The notes: generated by a model from the sequence alone, not told the origin. DNA of 24,000 nucleotides from Litoribrevibacter albus (GCF_030159995.1 NZ_BSNM01000014.1:421802-445801); one strand, 5' to 3'. Shown: positions 9,131-16,775, counted from the first letter of the stretch. Translations and numbers: made by a program.

Positions 9131-10186
9131 ATGAATATCATAAAAGCACTAGCACTTGGTGGCTGTGTGGCTTTGACCACTGGCTGCGTTGACAAAACCT
9201 CTATCACTCATATCGGCGATGCCGAAAATATTCTGTTCACTACCGATGGACGCCTGATTGTTTCCGGTGGCGACAACATCTATCAAGTTACAGGCTCAAA
9301 CGGCAACTACAGTAAACGTGCGCTGTATCTGAACAATGATGGCCATGAGATTGAATGTAACTTCACAGGCATCGCGCAAAAAGATAATTGGGTAATCAGC
9401 TCTTGCGTAGAAACCAAGTGGGTCATCTTTACAAACAATCATTTGGTAGCCGCTAATCTGGATGATCAAAACATCCAGTTCAAACGCATTACACCAAACA
9501 CAAACGATCCATATGACTCATTATTCTTACCAAATGGTATTGCTTTCGGGCCTAGCGGTGACTTATTGGTCGCGGACTACAACATGTTCTCTGCTTCAGG
9601 TATTGCTAAGGTCGAACTGGATTTCTCTGGAGATCTACCAAACGTCGTTTCCGTTGAAAAAGACTTTGTTGGCATTAACCACGGCATTTCATCACCAAAT
9701 GGCGTCAGAGTAGATGGTGATTATCTGTTTGTATCGGATGGAAACGCTGTAAAACGTTTCCAGTTTGACGAAGCCGGTAATGTTCCAACGCACATTGAAA
9801 AGAACGGTCTGACTGAAGCCAACGAAACGTTGGTATGGCAAGGCGGATTGGCAACGATAGTCGACGACATCATGCCGTACTGTGGCGGTGTTGCTTTGAC
9901 CAGTTTTCTGGGCGGTAAAATCATTTATGTTGAGCGCGAAGTGGATTCGCAAGGCAATGAATCATTCCACGAACTAACAGACACTGGTGCTCTGGCTTTC
10001 AGCTCGCCTAGCTCCTTGGCGGTTGGTCAACCACCATTGTTCAGTGGCTATCAGGTATTGGTTACAGAAAAAGGGTTACTTCAAGAAACCGGTTCTGACT
10101 TCGGGAATCGCTTGTCAGCAATGGAAATGCCATTTGATCTAAACAGTGACAATGCCTGCAACATTGTTTCTTCTCTAGATGACTAA
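9131..10186 (+). CDS. Lipoprotein, probable beta-propeller (SMP-30/gluconolactonase/NHL-like repeats)
   Basis: Lipobox LTTGC at residues 15-19. Recurring blade-like motifs (NGIAFGPSGDLLVADYN, PNGVRVDGDYLFVSDGN, DGRLIVSGGDN). RBS AAGGAA upstream. Confidence 0.7.
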   Translation: MNIIKALALGGCVALTTGCVDKTSITHIGDAENILFTTDGRLIVSGGDNIYQVTGSNGNYSKRALYLNNDGHEIECNFTGIAQKDNWVISSCVETKWVIFTNNHLVAANLDDQNIQFKRITPNTNDPYDSLFLPNGIAFGPSGDLLVADYNMFSASGIAKVELDFSGDLPNVVSVEKDFVGINHGISSPNGVRVDGDYLFVSDGNAVKRFQFDEAGNVPTHIEKNGLTEANETLVWQGGLATIVDDIMPYCGGVALTSFLGGKIIYVEREVDSQGNESFHELTDTGALAFSSPSSLAVGQPPLFSGYQVLVTEKGLLQETGSDFGNRLSAMEMPFDLNSDNACNIVSSLDD

Positions 10187-10236
10187 GAGTACACAAATTT
10201 AAAGCTCCATATCCTAATCTTTCCTTTAGGCAGTTT

Positions 10237-10272
10237 GCCGCATTACTACCTCACGTAATGCGGCCTTTTTTT
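10237..10272 (+). terminator. Rho-independent terminator
   Basis: Perfect 10-bp stem GCCGCATTAC / GTAATGCGGC (10237-10246 / 10255-10264) with an 8-nt loop, followed by a T7 run. Confidence 0.75.
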
Positions 10273-10407
10273 ATCTTACGTTGCTCTCCCTTCTTTCTAC
10301 CCTCTCTTTCTGTCGAGAAAAACTAATTGACATCTCAAGTAATTCAATTGAAAGTTTGGAGCTAGACTAATAACTCTAAAAAGCCATCTGAATAAGGGAA
10401 GCAGTTC

Positions 10408-11643
10408 ATGAGTGCACAAACCTATGACTTGATCGTCTTTGGCGCAACCAGCTTTGTGGGTGAGATTCTAACTCACTATCTTAACGATACGTTTAATGGT
10501 CCAGACCAGGAATCACTGAACTGGGCGATTGCAGGACGATCGAAATCCAAATTGGAATCCTTAAAGTCATCGTTGGGAAACAAAGCCTCTGAGCTTGCCA
10601 TAGTCGTTGCCGATGCTGCTGATCAAGACCAACTTCATCAACTTTGCCAACAAACTCGCACCGTTGTTTCTACCGTCGGTCCCTATGCACTCTATGGTGA
10701 ACCTTTAGTCAAAGTCTGTTGTGAAACAGGCACGGATTACTGTGATCTGACAGGTGAAGTTCAGTGGATCAACCGAATGATCCGAAAATACGAAGCCAAA
10801 GCCAAAGAAACGGGCGCACGTATTGTGCATTGCTGTGGATTTGATTCTATTCCGTCCGATATGGGCGTGTACTTCCTTCAGCAACAAGCAGAAGCAACAC
10901 TGGGTTCAACGTGTAATAACATCAAGATGCGTGTCAAAGCCGCTAAAGGCGGGGCTTCCGGTGGTACGGTTGCCAGTATGGTGAACATCACCAAAGAAGC
11001 CACTGCCAATCCTCAACTTCGTAAAGAACTAGCAAACCCATATTCAATTTGCCCGGAAGGTCATCCGTTCAAAACTCGTCAACACAATGTAAACTCCGCC
11101 GAGTTCGATAACGACTTCAACAAATGGTCGGCACCTTTTGTGATGGCAGCGATTAATACACGAGTCGTACACCGATCAAATGGTTTGCTAGATGCCAAAT
11201 ATGGAGAGAACCTCAAATACGACGAAGCCATGCTGGTTGGCAATGGGCTGAAAGGTCGTCTCATGGCCAATGCCATTGTTGCCGGTCTTGCAGGTTTCTT
11301 GGTGGGTGCGGCACTTCCCCCTACCCGCTGGTTGCTTGAACGTTTTGTACTGCCTAAGCCAGGTGAAGGCCCTAGCCCGGAAGAACAAGTCAATGGCTAT
11401 TTCGATCTCCGATTTGTTGGCAAGAATGACAACGGGCAAGAGATCAAAGTAAAAGTAACCGGCCAAGGTGATCCTGGCTATGGATCTACATCCAAAATGC
11501 TAGGTCAAGCCGCCGCGTGCCTATCTCTGGACATCAGCAAAGAAGACAAAGCCGGTGGTTTCTGGACACCTTCGACTATTCTGGGTGATAAACTGCTTAC
11601 TCGCCTGACTGAAAAGTCTGATATGACATTCGAAGTAATTTAG
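10408..11643 (+). CDS. Saccharopine dehydrogenase-family NAD(P)-binding oxidoreductase (SCCPDH/trans-acting enoyl reductase-like)
   Basis: 411 aa. N-terminal Rossmann motif YDLIVFGATSFVGEIL, then VSTVGPYALYGEPLVKVC and HCCGFDSIPSDMG, typical of this family. RBS GGGAAG upstream. Confidence 0.85.
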   Translation: MSAQTYDLIVFGATSFVGEILTHYLNDTFNGPDQESLNWAIAGRSKSKLESLKSSLGNKASELAIVVADAADQDQLHQLCQQTRTVVSTVGPYALYGEPLVKVCCETGTDYCDLTGEVQWINRMIRKYEAKAKETGARIVHCCGFDSIPSDMGVYFLQQQAEATLGSTCNNIKMRVKAAKGGASGGTVASMVNITKEATANPQLRKELANPYSICPEGHPFKTRQHNVNSAEFDNDFNKWSAPFVMAAINTRVVHRSNGLLDAKYGENLKYDEAMLVGNGLKGRLMANAIVAGLAGFLVGAALPPTRWLLERFVLPKPGEGPSPEEQVNGYFDLRFVGKNDNGQEIKVKVTGQGDPGYGSTSKMLGQAAACLSLDISKEDKAGGFWTPSTILGDKLLTRLTEKSDMTFEVI

Positions 11644-11662
11644 TCTTTTAAATGGTTTCAAT

Positions 11663-11690
11663 ATGCGGTGGTTCAGGTCACCGCATTTTC
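11663..11690 (+). terminator. Probable rho-independent terminator
   Basis: 8-bp stem ATGCGGTG / CACCGCAT (11663-11670 / 11679-11686) followed by TTTTC. It lies between the convergent reductase and RT genes. Confidence 0.6.
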
Positions 11691-11732
11691 TAATCCTGTC
11701 TATGAGAGGAAAGGTCAGAGAGATTTAAAAAG

Positions 11733-13043
11733 TTAAGAATATATAGAAGGAAATGTATTGGTTTTATTGGCTTTTTCTATCTCTTTTTGAAGTCTTGACC
11801 ATAGAGGTTTCAGTTGTTTTCTAATTGCACTACTTCCCATAATCTTAGCAGCTCTATGTCCATACGTAATAAAGTTTCTGTTACTAAGATGGGAATAGCG
11901 TTTGTAAAGCTTTTTTCTATAAATATCTTGAATAGGAATTCCTTGTTCCAACCGTAACAGGTTTTCTTTATTTCTTTTCTTCATTGCTTGCCTTACACCA
12001 GATTTCATTTTTCCTGAGTATCTGGCTAGAGCAGCGGACCTTAAGAGCTTACTGCGCCCATCAAATGTAAAACCGAGGTATTGCAGAGGTTTATTACTGA
12101 ACTGTGTTGTACCTTTTGTCCAAAATTTTCTAATTTCAGTTTTATCCGGATTGATTGATAATCGTAGGTCTTGGATTCTTAGACTCGCCCGAGATTCTAT
12201 TTCTTTAGAGACCTCTTCAGGAACTATAAAAAGGATGTCATCACAGTAGCGATAGTAATGACCACTACATAGGTTTATGACTTCTTTTGCCCATTTATCA
12301 AATTCCAGCATGTATATATTCGATAGTAATGCACTTAGAGGGGAGCCTTGAGGTATACCCTTACTTTGAGAGTTTGTTTTGATTATTCCAGAGCCTCTAA
12401 TTAGATTTCTAAATGTAGCTGCATCACATAATTTAAAACGCCCTTTTTTAGAATTATGTTTAGATATACCTAACTTACAGTACACTTCATCTAATGCAAC
12501 CTCAGAAAATTCAGTAAGACTTTTAAATACATTAAAGTGGTCATCGGGTAAATAGCTGCAGTCAATAACATTTGCCCATGCTTGTTTCAAAATTAGATGA
12601 TCTAAGTTGTCAAAGAAGCCAGTTACATCGAGGGCAACGGCGACACAGTTCATTTGCTTCTTAATATCTTCAAATGCTTGATTGGCAAACTCAATATTCC
12701 CCTTCCCCAGTGATCTAAACGCTAGAATACTTTCATTTAGGCCATATTCAGTGATTTTAGTTTCATAGCTCTTAGAGAGTTGATATGTGTAATAAGCATA
12801 AATGTGAGAGTCTATATGAGCAGCGTATTTGATAGGCCTGATCTTTGGCTTTTTTCGTATTGAACCTGTTTCATCTTTTGAAATTTTTACAGTTTCTATC
12901 TCGTAGCTAATTAAAGGATAAAAAGCATGCATGGATACACGCTTTTGACTCATAACGATGCTTTGTGCCTTGGAGTATCTGACAGGAGAGTCAAAGTGAA
13001 GGTATCGTCTGGTTTTAAACCATTTCGGGATGTTTTTAGGCAT
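11733..13043 (-). CDS. Stand-alone reverse transcriptase of the defence-associated UG/Abi type, DRT2 (UG2)-like
   Basis: 436 aa with the ordered RT palm motifs: KIRPIKYAAHIDSHIYAYY (1/2), VAVALDVTGFFDNLDH (A), GIPQGSPLSALLSNIYM (B), YYRYCDDILFIV (C; YCDD encoded at 12237-12248), LSINPDKTEI (D), LQYLGFTF (E), plus a basic C-terminal tail of about 100 aa. There is no maturase/endonuclease, nitrilase, kinase or other fused domain and no adjacent effector ORF. Subfamily assignment is by architecture and context, not by a database search. Confidence 0.85.
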   Translation of the reverse strand: MPKNIPKWFKTRRYLHFDSPVRYSKAQSIVMSQKRVSMHAFYPLISYEIETVKISKDETGSIRKKPKIRPIKYAAHIDSHIYAYYTYQLSKSYETKITEYGLNESILAFRSLGKGNIEFANQAFEDIKKQMNCVAVALDVTGFFDNLDHLILKQAWANVIDCSYLPDDHFNVFKSLTEFSEVALDEVYCKLGISKHNSKKGRFKLCDAATFRNLIRGSGIIKTNSQSKGIPQGSPLSALLSNIYMLEFDKWAKEVINLCSGHYYRYCDDILFIVPEEVSKEIESRASLRIQDLRLSINPDKTEIRKFWTKGTTQFSNKPLQYLGFTFDGRSKLLRSAALARYSGKMKSGVRQAMKKRNKENLLRLEQGIPIQDIYRKKLYKRYSHLSNRNFITYGHRAAKIMGSSAIRKQLKPLWSRLQKEIEKANKTNTFPSIYS

Positions 13044-13172
13044 GAAAAATCCATTTCTGCAAAACCTGAAGAGTAAGGATTGTGGCCATCCAATTTCTCT
13101 TCAGGCTTAGTTAACGTATTACTACGTCATCAGATAACTAAGTTACCCAGCCACACTAAGTCAGATATGATT

Positions 13173-13178
13173 TATAAT
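13173..13178 (+). promoter_or_regulatory. Perfect -10 hexamer TATAAT (half of a circularly permuted promoter)
   Basis: TATAAT was read directly at 13173-13178. The sequence 17 bp upstream in the genome is GCCACA (3/6 to the -35 consensus). Downstream come AGGAG (13190-13194) and ATG (13203). Confidence 0.4.
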
Positions 13179-13202
13179 ATCGTTATCACAGGAGTTACTA
13201 GT

Positions 13203-13283
13203 ATGAGTCTGATAGACCTATACAGAACAATTATCTGTGTCTGTTCAAGTGTCAACCATTGGTTAATACTTGACAGCATGTGA
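13203..13283 (+). other. 26-codon mini-ORF (linear form of the putative endless ORF)
   Basis: AGGAG lies 8 nt upstream of ATG 13203. It reads MSLIDLYRTIICVCSSVNHWLILDSM then TGA at 13281-13283, in the same frame as the 13077-13280 stop-free window. Confidence 0.35.
13270..13275 (+). promoter_or_regulatory. Perfect -35 hexamer TTGACA, located downstream of its putative -10 partner
   Basis: TTGACA was read directly at 13270-13275. No usable -10 follows it in the genome (CTCCCC at the 17-bp position). With a 120-nt period the spacer to the next TATAAT is exactly 17 bp. Confidence 0.4.
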
Positions 13284-13318
13284 TACCCCTTGCTCCCCAC
13301 TTCGAAACAAGCAATTTC

Positions 13319-13347
13319 AATCTAGCTTAAGAATATCACTATTTCAA
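13319..13347 (-). promoter_or_regulatory. Candidate sigma70 promoter for the ncRNA/RT transcript
   Basis: On the minus strand: TTGAAA (rc of 13342-13347), a 17-nt spacer, then TAGATT (rc of 13319-13324). This predicts a start near 13312. Confidence 0.35.
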
Positions 13348-13535
13348 TACTCTTTTGACTTGATACTCTGCCATAAATAGCGGCGTCTCTTTAGGTGTTT
13401 AAGTTTATTGCAGTCTATCGATAGCTAAATAAGTTTTCGATAAGCCTTTCACTTACAGATATTTCCCCTAAAAGTTCGTGCTAAGCCGTTTGAATTCAGA
13501 ACTCTTACAATTGTGATCTTTCCAAAAAACCAATA

Positions 13536-13572
13536 ATAGCCATTACCTATCACTTCCATAACAACTATCAAT
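13536..13572. promoter_or_regulatory. OxyR-type binding site upstream of ahpC
   Basis: ATAG-ccattac-CTAT-cacttcc-ATAA-caactat-CAAT follows the ATAG-N7-CTAT-N7-ATAG-N7-CTAT layout (14/16 core positions). It lies about 100 nt upstream of the ahpC ATG. Confidence 0.45.
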
Positions 13573-13673
13573 TTTTAATATAACCCTGTTTGAACAACAA
13601 TAGATTTGTCGATTCAAGAGATGGGCAACCAGCCCAAATCACACACAGATATATCCGAACAGAGGAAATTATT

Positions 13674-14240
13674 ATGACTGCTAAAGTGAACTCAAAAATT
13701 CTTCCATTCAACGCAACTGCTTTCCGTCAAGGTGAATTCGTTGAAGTAAGCGAAGCTGATGTACTAGGTAAATGGGCTATTTTCTTCTTCTATCCTGCTG
13801 ACTTCACTTTCGTATGTCCTACGGAACTAGGTGACTTGGCAGAACATTACGAAGAGCTTCAAAAGCTAGGTGTTGAAGTTTACTCAGTATCAACTGACAC
13901 ACACTTCACTCACAAAGCATGGCACGACAGCTCAGACACCATCGGCAAGATCAACTACTTCATGCTAGGTGACCAAACCGGAACCATCACCAACAACTTC
14001 GGTGTAATGCGTGAAGGTCAAGGTCTTGCAGATCGCGCAACCTTCTTGGTTGATCCTGAAGGTGTAATCCAGGCGATGGAAGTAACTGCAGAAGGCATCG
14101 GTCGTGATGCTGAAGATCTGCTTCGCAAAGTGAAAGCTGCTCAGTACGTTGCAGCGCACCCAGGTGAAGTTTGCCCTGCTAAGTGGAAAGAAGGTGAAGA
14201 AACATTGGCTCCTTCTCTGGATCTAGTAGGCAAAATCTAA
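13674..14240 (+). CDS. ahpC: Alkyl hydroperoxide reductase subunit C (2-Cys peroxiredoxin)
   Basis: 188 aa from ATG 13674 with RBS GAGGAA upstream. [16 protein letters not shown] (peroxidatic Cys) and GEVCPAKW (resolving Cys). The listed start at 13590 adds a non-homologous 28 aa. Confidence 0.95.
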   Translation: MTAKVNSKILPFNATAFRQGEFVEVSEADVLGKWAIFFFYPADFTFVCPTELGDLAEHYEELQKLGVEVYSVSTDTHFTHKAWHDSSDTIGKINYFMLGDQTGTITNNFGVMREGQGLADRATFLVDPEGVIQAMEVTAEGIGRDAEDLLRKVKAAQYVAAHPGEVCPAKWKEGEETLAPSLDLVGKI

Positions 14241-14266
14241 TTTGCCCTTGCTGATTAGATAAGAAC

Positions 14267-14292
14267 ATGTAGGAGTCTCATGACTCCTACAT
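14267..14292 (+). terminator. Intercistronic hairpin between ahpC and ahpF (possible partial terminator/attenuator)
   Basis: Perfect 11-bp stem ATGTAGGAGTC / GACTCCTACAT (14267-14277 / 14282-14292) with a 4-nt loop and no strong T-tract after it. A second 7-bp hairpin GCGTTTC/GAAACGC is at 14395-14401/14412-14418. Confidence 0.45.
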
Positions 14293-14441
14293 AACTTCCC
14301 CTTTCAACCGTAAGTACTTTCACCCGTTAGCACATGTGAAAAGTACAAACAAAGACAACAAATCAGCTCTCACAAGGAGCACACATAATTAATTGCGTTT
14401 CCACATTACGAGAAACGCCAAGCGAATAGAAAGGTATCACC

Positions 14442-16022
14442 ATGTTAGATCAAGCAATGAAGCAACAGCTTAAAGCCTACTTAGAAAATTTGAAGAACGA
14501 CATCCAATTGGTACTAAGCCTTGATGACAGTGATACTGCTCGAAAATTGAAAGGTTTAGCAGACGACATTGCCAGTTTGAACGCCAAAGTCAGTGTCGTG
14601 GATGATCCATCTGCCAGTGATCGTAAACCGATCATGCAAGTGATCAATCGAGAAAAGAACACCGCCATTGGTTTTGCAGGCTTACCAATGGGTCATGAAT
14701 TCACCTCATTAGTGTTGGCTTTGTTGCACTCCGGCGGCCACCCAATGAAGTTAGATCAAGCGACCATTGATCAAATCGCGGGCCTTTGCCCAGAAGAAAG
14801 CGATCGTTTGAATGTTGAGATTTATATTTCGTTGTCTTGTCAGAACTGCCCGGACGTCGTTCAAGCATTCAACATGATGTCAGCCATCAACCCTCGCATC
14901 CGAGCAACCATGATTGATGGCGCGTCGTTCCAGGACGAAGTAAAAGAGCGAGAAATCATGGCCGTTCCTACCGTATTTGTTAACGGTGAAGTATTCAGTC
15001 AAGGTCGCAGCTCATTACAAGAGATTTTGAACAAACTAGATTCCGGTGCGGTAAAACGCCAAGCATCTGAAATCAACGAAAAAGCACCTTACGACATGCT
15101 AGTTGTAGGTGGAGGCCCTGCAGGTGCGGCAGCGTCTATCTACTCGGCACGTAAAGGCATTCGTACTGGCATCGTTGCAGAACGCTTCGGCGGCCAAGTG
15201 ATGGACACCATAGCCATTGAGAACTTTATCTCAGTCAAAGCCACCGAAGGGCCAAAACTTGCTGCAAGCCTAGAGGAGCACGTTAAAGAATACGAAGTTG
15301 ACTTAATGACTGAACAACGTGCCACTAAGTTGATCAGTGCAGATAAAACCGATGACGGTTTAGTCCATATCGAACTTGCCAGCGGAGCAACCGTTAAAAG
15401 TAAAAGCGTGGTATTAAGCACAGGTGCACGTTGGAGAGAAATGAATGTGCCAGGTGAACAAGAATATCGCAATAAAGGCGTCGCTTACTGTCCGCACTGT
15501 GATGGCCCCTTATTCAAAGGTAAGAAAACAGCCGTCATCGGCGGTGGTAACTCGGGTATAGAAGCCGCCATTGATTTGGCTGGTATCGTAGAACACGTCA
15601 CGGTACTTGAGTTTGCTGATACCCTTAGAGCAGACCAGGTGTTGATCGATAAAGCAAACAGTTTGCCAAATATCGAGATCATCAAAATGGCTCAAACTAC
15701 GGAAGTCATTGGCGATGGAACTCGTGTGACAGGCCTTAGATACAAAGACCGCAATACGGATGAGATCAAAGAGATTGAAGTCGCCGGCATTTTCGTTCAA
15801 ATCGGTTTGGTGCCTAACACTGAGTGGCTTAAAGATTCAGACGTGGCCTTGAGTAAGCACGGTGAAATCGAAATAGGTTCTCACGGTGAGACCAATGTCA
15901 AAGGTGTATTCGCAGCTGGTGATGTAACAACAGTACCATTCAAACAAATCATCATTGCGATGGGTGAAGGTGCAAAAGCAAGCCTGGGGGCATTTGATTA
16001 CTTGATCAGAAACGGTCAGTAA
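14442..16022 (+). CDS. ahpF: Alkyl hydroperoxide reductase subunit F
   Basis: 526 aa. N-terminal thioredoxin-like CQNCPD, FAD motif [14 protein letters not shown], redox-active CPHCDG and NADH motif [10 protein letters not shown]. Immediately downstream of ahpC. Confidence 0.95.
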   Translation: MLDQAMKQQLKAYLENLKNDIQLVLSLDDSDTARKLKGLADDIASLNAKVSVVDDPSASDRKPIMQVINREKNTAIGFAGLPMGHEFTSLVLALLHSGGHPMKLDQATIDQIAGLCPEESDRLNVEIYISLSCQNCPDVVQAFNMMSAINPRIRATMIDGASFQDEVKEREIMAVPTVFVNGEVFSQGRSSLQEILNKLDSGAVKRQASEINEKAPYDMLVVGGGPAGAAASIYSARKGIRTGIVAERFGGQVMDTIAIENFISVKATEGPKLAASLEEHVKEYEVDLMTEQRATKLISADKTDDGLVHIELASGATVKSKSVVLSTGARWREMNVPGEQEYRNKGVAYCPHCDGPLFKGKKTAVIGGGNSGIEAAIDLAGIVEHVTVLEFADTLRADQVLIDKANSLPNIEIIKMAQTTEVIGDGTRVTGLRYKDRNTDEIKEIEVAGIFVQIGLVPNTEWLKDSDVALSKHGEIEIGSHGETNVKGVFAAGDVTTVPFKQIIIAMGEGAKASLGAFDYLIRNGQ

Positions 16023-16060
16023 ATTAATAACTTCAGGATCAAATCTAACTCAAAAAATTA

Positions 16061-16089
16061 AAGGGCCCCTGGTGGCCCTTTTCTTTTGT
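16061..16089. terminator. Bidirectional rho-independent terminator
   Basis: GGGCC / GGCCC stem (16063-16067 / 16074-16078) flanked by an A-run upstream and TTTTCTTTTG downstream. It lies between convergent ahpF and the DUF2164 gene. Confidence 0.7.
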
Positions 16090-16093
16090 TGGA

Positions 16094-16342
16094 CTATTTA
16101 GTCACTGGCAACTCAATTTCGTATAAGGCATCTTCAATGTTCAGGACATGCTGATCAATGATGGTTTTTGCATCCGCCAATCCCTTATTGAAAAAATACG
16201 GCCCGATTTCTTCTGCGAAGAAATCGAGTAAGAACTCCGCATCAAACTGACCGATCTCTTGATCCAATTCTTCTCTAAAGTACATTTTCACTTTCTGAAT
16301 GATGATGTCTTTTTCTTGCCGGGTGAACTTAATTTCAGCCAT
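16094..16342 (-). CDS. DUF2164 domain protein
   Basis: 82 aa. IKFTRQEKDIIIQKVKMYFREELDQEIGQFDAEFLLDFFAEEIGPYFFNKG matches the DUF2164 pattern as I recall it. Confidence 0.65.
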   Translation of the reverse strand: MAEIKFTRQEKDIIIQKVKMYFREELDQEIGQFDAEFLLDFFAEEIGPYFFNKGLADAKTIIDQHVLNIEDALYEIELPVTK

Positions 16343-16391
16343 GCCTAGGCACTTCTCCTACTTATCTTTTTAGTTTAACTATAAATACTAA

Positions 16392-16751
16392 CTATCTAAT
16401 TTCGTTAAATAATATCTTATTACTGAATGGATCAATGACAGTAAAATTCCGATCACCCCAAGGCGCAATATCAATACAAGGGCGATTGTAAGAATGATTT
16501 TTTTCATCCATCTCTGCATACAAAGCTTCAAGATCAGAGACATGGATAAACAATTTAGCACCCGGCGAACAATCACCATAATGCTGGGTTAAATGAAACA
16601 CCAGAGGCCCTCTGGAAACTTGCATGTAGACAGGAGAGTGATCGTCAAACTTATGCTCCCAATCCAGGCTCATCCCAAGGTAATCAAGGTAGAATGCTTT
16701 GGCTTCTGCAATGTCGAAAATGCGTAATACTGGAATTGATTTAAAATCCAT
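16392..16751 (-). CDS. VOC/glyoxalase-bleomycin resistance superfamily protein
   Basis: 119 aa. IPVLRIFDIAEAKAFYLDYLGMSLDWEH...VFHLTQHYGD...DPFSNKILF is typical of small glyoxalase-fold (bleomycin-binding-like) proteins. Confidence 0.8.
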   Translation of the reverse strand: MDFKSIPVLRIFDIAEAKAFYLDYLGMSLDWEHKFDDHSPVYMQVSRGPLVFHLTQHYGDCSPGAKLFIHVSDLEALYAEMDEKNHSYNRPCIDIAPWGDRNFTVIDPFSNKILFNEIR

Positions 16752-16775
16752 ATCATCCTCCGTTGATCTAACGTA

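Larger units (their letters stand above)
13162..13281 (+). other. Predicted 120-nt repeat unit (cDNA sense) that would be copied from the ncRNA. If concatenated it encodes a 40-aa repeat.
   Basis: Frame-0 codons 13161-13280 contain no stop and read SDMIYNIVITGVTSMSLIDLYRTIICVCSSVNHWLILDSM. A jump from about 13281 back to about 13162 (shared GT at 13280-81 and 13160-61) skips the TGA at 13281-13283 and keeps the frame. Of periods divisible by 3, only 120 nt also gives a workable promoter spacer. Hypothetical. Confidence 0.4.
13060..13312 (-). ncRNA. Predicted RT-associated structured ncRNA (template plus scaffold). Ends are approximate.
   Basis: No credible minus-strand ORF. A sigma70-like promoter lies upstream. 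Two abutting perfect hairpins sit just 5' of the RT ATG: 13065-13073/13097-13105 (9 bp, CCTGAAGAG/CTCTTCAGG) and 13106-13113/13135-13142 (8 bp, CTTAGTTA/TAACTAAG), the latter with an inner 5-bp helix ACGTA/TACGT (13114-18/13123-27). A third hairpin is at 13245-13273 (TCAAGT/ACTTGA plus AACC/GGTT). Boundaries are inferred only. Confidence 0.5.

Noticed and set aside
11733-13043. Group II intron or mobile-element RT
   Set aside because: The protein is too short and lacks maturase (X), DNA-binding and endonuclease domains. There is no intron domain V/VI-like structure downstream. No integrase, transposase or flanking direct repeats were seen. I compared 11690-11735 with 13300-13600 and found only 6-7-nt chance matches.
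13080-13283. The listed 67-aa + strand ORF (TTG start), considered as a conventional protein-coding gene
   Set aside because: The TTG at 13080 has no RBS and sits inside a perfect RNA hairpin arm region. The open frame is better explained as the stop-free frame of the putative cDNA repeat, whose only SD-preceded start is ATG 13203.
11733-13347. Retron interpretation of the RT plus upstream structured RNA
   Set aside because: There is no neighbouring effector gene. The catalytic motif context (RYCDDILF) and the N-terminal AAHIDSHIYAYY region look like UG/Abi-type RTs rather than retron RTs, and I did not see the retron-specific NAxxH and post-YxDD VTG motifs. I found no long a1/a2-type terminal inverted repeats bracketing the leader. 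The interpretation is not formally excluded without an HMM search.
14477-15800. Several 60-110-aa antisense ORFs inside ahpF (14477-14668, 15140-15472, 15485-15685, 15510-15800), and similar ones inside ymdB, mak, the reductase, the acylase and DUF1003
   Set aside because: They are shadow ORFs opposite strongly supported genes, with no RBS and no recognisable domains.
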